Source: a virus (taxonomy: Duplodnaviria > Caudoviricetes). Taken from it: a DNA stretch of 64,000 nucleotides. Under the pieces are notes generated by a model. That model did no database searches, was not told where the DNA came from, and was given only the letters and a program-made list of their open reading frames with translations. The stretch lies in IMG/VR virus record IMGVR_UViG_3300029305_005185, positions 1 through 64,000 of that record. One strand, given 5' to 3'. Shown here piece by piece: positions 1-9,359 of this stretch (positions are counted from its first letter, which is position 1; the number at the start of each line of letters is the position of its first letter). Made by a program: the position numbers and the translations under genes.

Positions 1-202
1 TGATGATAAATTTGTTAAATATAAAACTGATAAAGAAATTTCTTTGTGGTTTCAAGAAGAAATAGAGCTTAATAGAATAAATTTATATTCCATTGATATA
101 GAAAAGTATTTAGATGGCACTATTACACGGCTTTTAGAAGAAAATGCAGAATTAATTTCTAATCATAATAATAATTTATTATATGAATACGAATCTAATT
201 AA
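1..202 (+). CDS. 3' end of hypothetical protein (truncated by window edge)
   Basis: Frame 2 is open from the window start to TAA at 200-202 and overlaps the next ATG at 183. Confidence 0.5.
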   Translation, partial: DDKFVKYKTDKEISLWFQEEIELNRINLYSIDIEKYLDGTITRLLEENAELISNHNNNLLYEYESN

Positions 203-665
203 ACTGTCAAACGATTTATTCTCTTTTAATAATAGTTGCCATCTTGATATAATAAAAGAAGAATATAATCTTAAAGGAACTATCAATTCTCTTTTTAATT
301 CTATTCTACCGCAAGAAAATTTAAAATATTCTTTTTCTTAGAGAGAATCGTTTTATAATAACATTTTAAAACAACTAGAATTAAAATATACTGAAAAAGA
401 AAATATTATTATATTGTTATTTTGTTTGCTTCGTTCTTATGGTAGTGCACTTGAAGAACAAATGGATAATATAATTAAAAAATATTAGATTATTCAAAAT
501 TATAAAAGTACTATAAAATATTTAAATTATATTAAATATCAAGTAGAATTTCAAATATTCTGTTTTATAGTACTTTCTTCTGAAAAAGAATATCCTCAAG
601 AATTTATCTCTTTTATAAAAGAACAAGTAGATAAAGGTAATATTATTTTTAAAAATTATTGTTAA
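183..665 (+). CDS. hypothetical protein (160 aa, 2 in-frame TAG)
   Basis: ATG183 to TAA665 is open except for TAG at 339 and 486; it fills the gap up to the GGAGG RBS of the next gene. Confidence 0.6.
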
Positions 666-680
666 ACTAGGAGGGATTCT

Positions 681-1298
681 ATGGGCTTGCTTGCTGGAGA
701 TAGTATTTCTCCTTCTGATTTTATAACTCTTAAAGAAAAAATTAAAAATATTATGCTTAATAAAAGAGTTTACTACGGTTCATTAGTAGAATACGGTGGA
801 AAAGAATATGATTATGAAAACGATCCAACTACTAATGGAATAATTTACGCTGAGCACCAAAATAAAATTGTTATTCCAATGCGCGCTATAACTACTAATA
901 ATGTAGACGCTATAGCAGAAAAAAATGATAAAATCATTTCTTTGCAAAATATAAGTACTATAATCGACGCTTTTGATGCAAAAAAAGCCACTTCTTCAGT
1001 TAAAGATTGTCAAAACTATTGCAGTGGATTGTGTGTAACTTAGTGTAGTACTGGTTGCACTGGTTGTAGCAATGATTGCGCAAAAAATTGTGGATCAAAT
1101 TGTAGCGGTGGATGTGAAGGATGCGAAGGATGCAGTGGTTGTGGTGGAGCATGTTCAAGTGGATGCACTAGTGAATGCGGTGGCAGCTGCCGTGGATGCA
1201 CTCATTCTTGTACTGGAGGATGTACTTCTGACAATTGTACTAATGGCTGTTTTACTAATTGCTATTCAACATGCTATGGCAAAGCGGTAACAGTTTAA
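681..1298 (+). CDS. Cys-rich CxxxC-repeat protein 1 (205 aa, 24 Cys in C-terminal half, 1 TAG)
   Basis: GGAGG RBS; reading through TAG1041 continues the CxxxC periodicity (CSGLCVT-Q-CSTGCTGCSNDC...) to TAA1298. Confidence 0.85.
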
Positions 1299-1334
1299 TT
1301 TAATAATATTATTACAATTAAGAGGTTAAATATT

Positions 1335-1988
1335 ATGGCAAATAAAGAAATGCAAGCTTCTGATTTTATAGAATTAAAAGAAGCTATTAAAAATGAACTT
1401 CAAAATAGAAGAAAATATTCTCCAAATTTATCAGGAAAAGCAAAAGATTTCCCTGATGGAGACCCAGTAAAAAATGGAAAAGTTCTGGCGCAACATTAGA
1501 ATACAATTGTAGATTAGATAAAAGAAATTACTACAACAAATGTTGATGAAAGAGCAGTTGCGAAAAAAAATAAAGTTCTTTCTTTAAACAATTTGAAAAC
1601 TATTATAAATGGATTAATAGCTTACCCTATTTATAATAATCGTCAAGGCGGATATTGTACTAATAGTACCTGTGCTGGATTATGTTTTAATACTTGTGGT
1701 AATACTTGTGATGATTCTTGCACTGGAACTTGTACTGGCACTTGTACTGGAGAATGTAAAGGTGGCTGTGGTAGCGGTTGTTCTAGCACCTGCACTGGTG
1801 GTTGCTCAGGTGGTTGCAGTGGATGTGGAGGTTGTGACAACACTTGTACTAGTAGCTGTGGAGGAAAAAGATGCGGCTCATGTAGTGGTACATGTAAAAG
1901 TAGTTGCGCGCCTGATAATTGTACAAATAGTTGTATAGTTGTATGCCAAATTACATGTAAAAATAATGGAGGGCCATATAATTCCTAA
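1335..1988 (+). CDS. Cys-rich CxxxC-repeat protein 2 (217 aa, 26 Cys, 2 TAG), paralog of protein 1
   Basis: GAGG RBS, ATG1335; the N-terminus SDFIELKEAIKN...AQH*NTIV aligns with SDFITLKEKIKN...AEHQNKIV of protein 1; TAG at 1497 and 1515. Confidence 0.85.
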
Positions 1989-1997
1989 TTATAAAAT

Positions 1998-2026
1998 TTG
2001 ACAAATCTCAAAATTTCATATATAAT
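1998..2026 (+). promoter_or_regulatory. sigmaA/sigma70-type promoter
   Basis: TTGACA-N17-TATAAT. Confidence 0.8.
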
Positions 2027-2084
2027 ATAAACATAAATAAACGGTCTTGAAAAAGACTTTGAGGAAAAGGAGTAATTAAAACAT

Positions 2085-3590
2085 ATGACTATGTTAAATG
2101 CATTAAAAGGAAACTACAATATCTCTCGTACTGAAAATGGTGGTGTTACTCATAAGTCCACCCTTAATGGTGTACTTGACCTATTTGCTATGGGTGCGGC
2201 ATATCGTAAGCGCACGGATGAAGATTGTATTCTTCTATTTAAGAAGGCATATGATATGAGTCCTAAGTATGCTCTTAAGTGTCTATTCTATATTCGTGAC
2301 GTACGTGGCGGCCAGGGCGAACGCCGTTTCTTCCGCACTTGTATGAAGTGGCTTGCACAGCATGACCCTGTTGCTGTAAAGCGCAACATGAGCTATTTTA
2401 GCGAATATGGTCGTTGGGATGATTTGTATTGTCTTGTTGGAACTTGTCTTGAAAAGGAAGCTTTTGCTATTCTTCGTGACCAGCTTCTACTTGATATGAC
2501 TTGTGAAACTCCTTCTTTGTGCGCAAAGTGGGTAAAGAGCGAAAATACTTCTTCTCATGAATCTCGTTATCTTGCTTCTAAAACTCGCGCTGCACTTGAC
2601 ATGGACCACAAGCATTATCGTAAAATGCTTTCTATCCTGCGCGCTCGCATTAATGTTCTTGAACGTCTAATGTCTGCTAACAAGTGGGAAGAAATCAAGT
2701 TCGATAAGATTCCTTCTAAGGCAGGTTTGATTTACAAGAATGCTTTTGCTCGTCGTGATATCATTAAGGAAAAGTATGCTAAGTTTGCTAAGGATACTAC
2801 CACCAAGGTAAACGCCGCGACTCTTTATCCTTATGAAGTTGTTGAGAAGGCAATCAATAATTCTCGTTATTATTATAATGATACCGACCGCGCCATGATT
2901 AATAAGTATTGGGAGAACCTTACTGATTACTTCAATGGTGCCACTTTCAATGCAATCGCTATGGTTGATACTAGTGGTAGTATGATGGGCACTCCTATGA
3001 ACGTTGCCATTTCTCTTGGTCTGTATTGTGCTGAGCGCATGAAGGGTCCTTTCCACAATCATTACATTTCCTTCAGCTCTCGTCCTCAGTTGATTGAGTG
3101 CCAGGGTATTGATTTTGTGGACAAGGTAAAGAGAATTTATTCTACCAACCTTTGCGAAAATACTAACATTGAAGCCGCGTTTGATATGCTTTTAGATACT
3201 GCTATTCGCAATCGTATTCCTCAGCATGAAATGCCGCAGAATGTTATTGTAATTTCCGACATGGAATTTGACGCCGCAACTAGTGATACTATGGGATGGT
3301 TCTATGGAAGCAGTCGCCGACATAATGGTAGCTCAATGAACTCTGCAAATGCCGAAACCGTAATGGAAGGTGTAGCTCGTAAGTGGGCGCAGCATGGTTA
3401 TGAATGTCCTCATGTTATCTACTGGAATGTAAACGCGCGAAATGATAATATTCCCGCACTTGGTGTTGGACGTATTTCTTTCGTAAGCGGTTTCTCTCCT
3501 AGCATCTTTAGCACCATTATGAGTGGCAAGGATGGAATTGACCTAATGCTTGATAAACTAAATAGTCAGCGTTATGCTCCTATTGAATAA
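2085..3590 (+). CDS. DUF2828-family TROVE-like/vWA protein (Ro60-related)
   Basis: Motifs RDVRGGQGERRFF, YGRWDDL, SLCAKW; vWA MIDAS VDTSGSM, ISDMEFD, IYWNV. Confidence 0.75.
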   Translation: MTMLNALKGNYNISRTENGGVTHKSTLNGVLDLFAMGAAYRKRTDEDCILLFKKAYDMSPKYALKCLFYIRDVRGGQGERRFFRTCMKWLAQHDPVAVKRNMSYFSEYGRWDDLYCLVGTCLEKEAFAILRDQLLLDMTCETPSLCAKWVKSENTSSHESRYLASKTRAALDMDHKHYRKMLSILRARINVLERLMSANKWEEIKFDKIPSKAGLIYKNAFARRDIIKEKYAKFAKDTTTKVNAATLYPYEVVEKAINNSRYYYNDTDRAMINKYWENLTDYFNGATFNAIAMVDTSGSMMGTPMNVAISLGLYCAERMKGPFHNHYISFSSRPQLIECQGIDFVDKVKRIYSTNLCENTNIEAAFDMLLDTAIRNRIPQHEMPQNVIVISDMEFDAATSDTMGWFYGSSRRHNGSSMNSANAETVMEGVARKWAQHGYECPHVIYWNVNARNDNIPALGVGRISFVSGFSPSIFSTIMSGKDGIDLMLDKLNSQRYAPIE

Positions 3591-3596
3591 TAATAC

Positions 3597-3619
3597 GCCC
3601 TGCGAAAGCAGGGCTTTTT
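3597..3619 (+). terminator. intrinsic terminator
   Basis: GCCCTGC-GAAA-GCAGGGC followed by TTTTT. Confidence 0.85.
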
Positions 3620-3641
3620 CGTGTATAAAGAGGTAATTTAT

Positions 3642-5741
3642 ATGGCAAAAAATAAAAGAGGGTATATATCTGAGTTTTACCAATATCCGTTAAGCGGCGG
3701 CCCTTTTGTATATTATCAATCCTTACTTTCTAAACCTTCTTATGGAGCTAAACTTGTAGCTCGTTCTGCTTAGAAATATTTATTTGGAGCATCAAATATT
3801 CTTAACAGAGAAAACTATCATCAAAGAATAAGTCAAGCACTTAATATTCTCAAAGCAAACGCAGATGAAGAAGCTCGCAAAGAAGCCCTATATATGGCCA
3901 CATTGGCTAAAAAATTAGATAAATACGGCGTTGTTGATTTACCAGATATAACAGAAGACCCTTACGGTTTTATTGTAAAATTAAATGAATTTTTACGAGG
4001 AGCAGAATCATTTAAGCAAGAACTCTTAAAAGAAAGAGAGCGTATTCATACTTATCGCACAGCTATAAATAGATATGGTTCCGCGAAAGAAGTAGCAAAA
4101 GTAATTAAAAACGGCGGCGACCAAGATTTTACTTCTGAATAGTTAGCTGATGCTTTACATAATATTTCTAACACCATAGAAGGCCGCAAAGGACAATCAA
4201 GTTCTTTTACAACATATTCTTCTTCTATTCGTGATAATTCTTTAGCAGGTAAAATAGCAGAGGCAGTAATAAGTCGTTTAATTCAACTTCATGGTCCTGA
4301 ATTAATATAGGCTAATGGAAACCAATTTGTATTAAATGGTAGACAGGCTTATGCTATGACCACATTAATTGTAAATGAAATAGAACGCAAAATTATAGCA
4401 AGTGGTGGACAAATTACACAAAAAACTGTTGATAATATTAGAAAATCTATTTTTGATAAAAATGATTCTTCTAGTATAAAACAATATGATAACATTATAA
4501 ATAAATACATGGAAGCTAGTGAATTTCACGCCGAATCTCTTAATTCCTTCACTGATGCTGTTGTAAATAATGACAAATATAAGAAAATGCTAGGTCCAAA
4601 AGGTAAATATGGTCGCGGTATTTTAAACAAACGTATTCGTCCTTTGAAAGAACTTATTTCAAAACAAAAAGTTTCAGAACAAGAAAAGAAAGATATGAAT
4701 ATCGCATTAGAACAATTTAGTCGTGAATGGGCGGCCGCGGCATACGCTGCGCAACCTAAAGTTTATTTTACTGCAGAAGCTGATTTGGGAACTTTGTTTA
4801 AAAAACATGGCGAGGTTTTATTTTCTGGTGGCTATGCTAAAGATGATATTGGCTCAATTGTTGTTTCTTACGAATTTGGAGATGACAAAAAAACCAATTA
4901 GGCATTAAGTCATTTGGAAACAAAAATTAAACAAATTAACAGAAATGCTATGAAAAGTATGCGTTATAAAGAAGGTACTGCAAATGAATTTCTTAATAAT
5001 GCTTTATATACTTTAGAAAGTTTAGAAGAAATGCAACAAGCTTATGAAGAAACTGCCGCTGAGCTTGAAATGAGTATTGAAGAACTAAAAGAATTAGTAC
5101 ATACTTTTACTATACATGGTAACGTAAAAAGCTATGATACCATTGACGCAAAAACAGGTGCGTTTAGCGGCGGTAGTATTGGTAAAAATATTACAGAGCA
5201 ACTCACCAATTTTGCCAACCTTGTTAGTATTGCTGGTTTTGGAGGCGCTTATACAGACTATGATCAAGAATGGTTACTTACCGCAATAATTAACACTGGT
5301 GAAGGATTACTTGGTAGAGGAAATAGAGAAGGGTTAGAAAAATATCTTTCGGCTTTTGCAGGAATGTTACTATTTGATGATGCCTATCTTACTATTAGTG
5401 CTGGTGCAAATTAGTTAGTTAATTCTCTTGGCGGAACAACAGTAGATAAAATCCATTTGTATTCTCTTAATGGAACTATTGTACCTTGCTCTTTCGTTCT
5501 TTATGAAACCTATAAAAATTTAACCAAAGAATTAGCCGCTATTGGAAATGATTTCAGTGGAGAGCATGGAATAAAAGCAACTATTAAAGCGCGTGGTGCT
5601 ATTGGCGGCCCTTTTACTAAACCAGAAGACTGGGCTGCGGAACGTGATGCAGCAATAGCCGCCGCAGACATATAGATTCAATTTATGGGGCATTTTCTTG
5701 GTTTCTTAGATAATCTTGCCCATGCTATGAATCCAGGTTAA
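3642..5741 (+). CDS. large hypothetical protein (699 aa, 6 in-frame TAG)
   Basis: Track ORFs 3894, 4356, 4914 and 5457 share one frame; the only interruptions are TAG at 3771, 4140, 4308, 4899, 5412 and 5673; GAGGT RBS before ATG3642. Confidence 0.8.
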
Positions 5742-5745
5742 TAAT

Positions 5746-5774
5746 TTGACTTTTTCTAAATTTTATTATATAAT
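5746..5774 (+). promoter_or_regulatory. sigmaA-type promoter
   Basis: TTGACT-N17-TATAAT. Confidence 0.75.
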
Positions 5775-5801
5775 AAAAAAAAATAATAAAGGAGAATTCA
5801 A

Positions 5802-6827
5802 ATGAAATTTGAAAACACTGACGTTTGGGGCTTTGAACATGCCCTACGCGGAATGAGGAACCCAAAGGATAGTTGGCATTTAAGTGATAGCAAATATGAT
5901 GAAAATGCTCCTTATGGTTACGCCATTGGTCCTAAAGATATGAAACTCGCCAAAGCTCTTATTCATGGCGGTCCAGAGCATCGCAAGTTTTTGAGACAGA
6001 TTTTTGTTTCTGTAGATATTACTGCTCCACTTTATTGGTGGAAAGAATTTGATACATACAAAGTTGGTACAACTGCCAATTCTTGTAGCACGATGCATAA
6101 GATTACTTCCAAACCAATTACATTAGAAAGTTTTGAAATTGATGATTTAATCAATTGGGATAAGGCTGATAATCTTTGTAAGTATTATTCAAATGATGAC
6201 AACTTTGCTGAAATGACATCGCTTGTAGATTGGCTAGAAAATCTCCGTCTTTCTTATCTTGAATGGAAAGAAAAAGAAAAGAATGCTCAAGATAAGGAAG
6301 AACAAGAACGTTGTGAGTATAATGCCTATCTCATTTGGAAGGAACTTATCCGCTGGCTACCTGAAGGTTGGTTGCAGAAGCGTACTGTAACTATGACCTA
6401 TGAAAATCTTCATGCAATATGTTCTAAATCTCAGCGCTACTTCCATAAGCTAAATGAATGGAGCGGCCGCCGCAATAGTGAATTAGAAAATTTCATTGAA
6501 TGGGTAAGAGAAGAAATTCCTTATTCGGAAGATTTTATTCTTTATCATGAAATTGAAGATGAAATTAAAAAACGTAATGAAAATGTTGAATATGCTAAAA
6601 CTTTCTTGTCTGGCTGTGTACCAATTATAATTTTTGTTGGTCGTAATAACAATACTTTTATAGAACATCATATTGCTCCGCCAAAACAGATTGAATTTGA
6701 TATTTGGTTAGAAGCTATGACGGAAGTGGCTGATAAAAATATTAACGACAAAGAGAAAGAGTACCTCTTTATGATAATGAAAGATAGCGAACTTATAATT
6801 GGATACAAAAAAAATGAGGAAGCCTAA
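5802..6827 (+). CDS. phage ThyX-like (flavin-dependent thymidylate synthase-related) protein
   Basis: ALRGMRNP, HRKFLRQIFVSVDITAPLYWWKEFDTY and SCSTMH resemble a common Firmicutes-phage ThyX-fold family; recognised from memory. Confidence 0.5.
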   Translation: MKFENTDVWGFEHALRGMRNPKDSWHLSDSKYDENAPYGYAIGPKDMKLAKALIHGGPEHRKFLRQIFVSVDITAPLYWWKEFDTYKVGTTANSCSTMHKITSKPITLESFEIDDLINWDKADNLCKYYSNDDNFAEMTSLVDWLENLRLSYLEWKEKEKNAQDKEEQERCEYNAYLIWKELIRWLPEGWLQKRTVTMTYENLHAICSKSQRYFHKLNEWSGRRNSELENFIEWVREEIPYSEDFILYHEIEDEIKKRNENVEYAKTFLSGCVPIIIFVGRNNNTFIEHHIAPPKQIEFDIWLEAMTEVADKNINDKEKEYLFMIMKDSELIIGYKKNEEA

Positions 6828-6843
6828 TGGCTTCCTCTTTTTT
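6807..6843. terminator. bidirectional terminator between convergent genes
   Basis: A-run, GAGGAAGCC-TAAT-GGCTTCCTC, T-run. Confidence 0.7.
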
Positions 6844-6846
6844 ATT

Positions 6847-7488
6847 TTATAGAAGAATGTTGGGAGCTGGAGTTTCAGCTTCGCCTTCTAATTCAGCTTT
6901 TGCTAATTCATCTAACATAATATTAATATATTCATTCGCGGCCAAATTATCTTTGGACTTAGTAGTATATTCATTGCTTAAACGATCAAATTCTGCTTTG
7001 CGTTCTTTCTTCAAGTTGTTAATATAAGAAGTAATAGAAGGTTCGACTGGCAAAGAAGCATAAGCAGCCAAATTGGGCATATTACTAGATAATTCTTTAA
7101 TAGCAAAAACTTTTAGCTCTTTCATTTCAGCAGTTTGAGCGGGGAAACGACAAAGATCAGCTAAAAGATTACCATAAATTGACATAAGATTTTCTAATCT
7201 ATTAATATCAGCATAATGCTTTTCCTTGACTTCTCCATAATGCCCATCGCGCTTTTCTTTTTGCTGTTCGGGAGTTAGAGAATCCATTTCCTGATAAAGA
7301 TCTAAAGCTTCGTCAGTATCGTTGTTTAGCTTTTCTAATTCAGCACTAATATCAATAGTACTTTGAATAGGAGCAATTTCTTCTGGAGCGAGTTTCTTTA
7401 AAGGAGCAGCATTCCATGCACAAAGTTTTAAAAACTCTTTCCAGTCAATATCAGGATTATTGTTTAAATAATCTGTGTATTTAGACAT
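6847..7488 (-). CDS. hypothetical helical/coiled-coil protein
   Basis: Open ORF with a GAGGTGA RBS before ATG7488; no TAG. Confidence 0.7.
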   Translation of the reverse strand: MSKYTDYLNNNPDIDWKEFLKLCAWNAAPLKKLAPEEIAPIQSTIDISAELEKLNNDTDEALDLYQEMDSLTPEQQKEKRDGHYGEVKEKHYADINRLENLMSIYGNLLADLCRFPAQTAEMKELKVFAIKELSSNMPNLAAYASLPVEPSITSYINNLKKERKAEFDRLSNEYTTKSKDNLAANEYINIMLDELAKAELEGEAETPAPNILL

Positions 7489-7553
7489 TATTTTCACCTC
7501 AAATAATTGTTTTGTATATATTAATTGCTAAAAGCAATTATAAACGAATTAAA

Positions 7554-8957
7554 TTAAATTACTTTTATCCAAATTCTTCCATTAACTTTTTTACCATTCC
7601 ATTCTTCATAAGTAGGAACAGCGCTAACGTATCCAATAATACATTCGGGATAATGTAAAACTTCATCTTTGGTCATAATACTTACCGTACCATTTGGTCC
7701 AGTACATACTGGCGCGCCAGCATAATATTCACTGCGATCCTCATTTGGGTATGCTAATACACGACCGCAAAGAGCGATAGGAGTTTTTGCTACATTAGTT
7801 TCGCCAATAAGCATACCATAAGTATCAGATACAATATTACCACCTAACATTAAACGTTCGGTAGAAATGGAAAGAGTATCATCACCATTTTCCACAACTA
7901 CACGTCCAGCAGCAACAGATTTTGTTTCACGAGCTTCAGCATAATCGTTATAAGCGGCGCCAATTAAAATTTTATTTTTTGCATCAAGATACACATCATT
8001 GCTATAATAAACTTTTGTAATAGTCCCATTTTTAATGTCACTATTTAAAACGCCTAAAATTGGCAATTTAGAATCAGTCGTATTTTCTTTTATTTCAATT
8101 TTCGTCTACTAATTTCTTAAATCTGTTATCGCTTTAGCAATAGTATTACTAGTACCTAAATCTTTAGAAGTAAGCGGAATCTAATCTCCTGCAAGTTTTA
8201 TCTACTTCCAAGTTCCATTTGCTGATAAGAAATAGAAAAAATCTGTAGCTCCCATTTGAATATCAGTAGGTTTTTTTACCAAACCCATTTCAGCCGCGTT
8301 GGGAAAATGTTTTAAGTATTTAGAAAGTCTTGCTTCAATACCATTTTCAGGGTCATTTACTTTAATATCTAATTCATCTAATTGAATTTGAGTGCTTTCT
8401 AAAGCAGCATCTAAATTTTTAATCAGTGTTCTTCCGCCTTCATCTACTAAAAAGAATTGTCTGCTTTCTTTACCATAAGTGCTCGTAAAACCTAAACTGC
8501 TAATTCCCTATATTTTTTCTTGTACAGAATCTGTTAAGAATAAAATATCAAAAATAGAACTTCCTTCAAAGTTTAACAACCCAATTTTATCTTCTTCAAT
8601 TAAACTTTCTTTTATTTCTGTTAAAGTAAAGTAATTTTTATCCTATACAACTGTGTCAACAATTTGTTCTATCATAGCATTAGAATCAGCATTTACAACT
8701 GTATAAGCAAAATTCATATCAGGCAAAGTTACTAAATGAGAATTAGTTGTTCCAATGGCAATTTGATACCATTTTTCCATAACCTCTTTTGGCAAATGTA
8801 TTGGTGTTAAATCACCCCATTTACTTTCTCCATCGCCAACTCTTACTTCAGTTAGTCCTTCTTCTATTGCAAACTCTCCTGCAAATAATGTAGGATTTTC
8901 TTTATCAAAAATAATTTTAGGTGCTAATCTTGTTTCTACAAGAATATTCATTGACAT
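7554..8957 (-). CDS. tail fibre/spike with Mtd_N-like N-terminus and C-terminal Peptidase_G2-like intramolecular chaperone (467 aa, 6 TAG)
   Basis: Track ORFs 8643-8966 and 7554-8066 are in frame and the gap contains only TAG stops; N-terminal NPTLFAGEFAIE...RVGDG; C-terminal YNDYAE...GRIWIKV. Confidence 0.75.
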
Positions 8958-8984
8958 TCTTATCACCTCACTTATTATGTGATA

Positions 8985-9020
8985 GAAAAAGAAAGAGAAT
9001 AAATGAATTATTCCCTTTCT
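8985..9020 (-). terminator. probable intrinsic terminator (minus strand)
   Basis: On the minus strand: AGAAAGGGAATAA-loop-TTATTCTCTTTCT then TTTT. Confidence 0.5.
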
Positions 9021-9029
9021 ATAAAATTT

Positions 9030-9311
9030 TTATTTAACTTTAATCCAAATTCTTCCATCAACTTCCACATTTCCTGTTCCCCAAACTTTATATTCGGGAA
9101 TTTCAGAAACAAAGCCAACAATACAATCTGGATTATTTATCATTTCTTCTCGTGTCATACGAGAAACTGTTCCATTTGGCCCACTACAAACTGCTTCACC
9201 AGGCCGGAAGTCATAACGATTTTCGTAAGTATATACTAACGCGCGACCAGCGCAAGCAATAGGAGTTTTATATTTATGTTGTATTCTTGTTTTTAACGTT
9301 GTTGTTGCCAT
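9030..9311 (-). CDS. miniature, probably internally deleted tail fibre paralog (93 aa)
   Basis: Fibre-type start MATTTLKTRIQHKY is fused directly to the last ~79 aa of the G2-like domain (KTPIACAGR...GRIWIKVK). Confidence 0.65.
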   Translation of the reverse strand: MATTTLKTRIQHKYKTPIACAGRALVYTYENRYDFRPGEAVCSGPNGTVSRMTREEMINNPDCIVGFVSEIPEYKVWGTGNVEVDGRIWIKVK

Positions 9312-9359
9312 ATATTAACCTACCCCCCCCCGCTTTTTGCAGAAGGAACAATATCTATA

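Noticed and set aside
1700-1900. Short tandem repeats (ACTTGTACTGG-like) as a CRISPR array or VNTR
   Set aside because: They encode CTGT/CSGG repeats; there is no constant repeat with unique spacers and no cas gene.
1072-1938. Val/Ala-rich ORFs 1072-1290 and 1672-1938, and Pro/Gln-rich ORF 1643-1843 (-)
   Set aside because: These are alternative-frame shadows of the TGT/TGC-periodic Cys-repeat genes.
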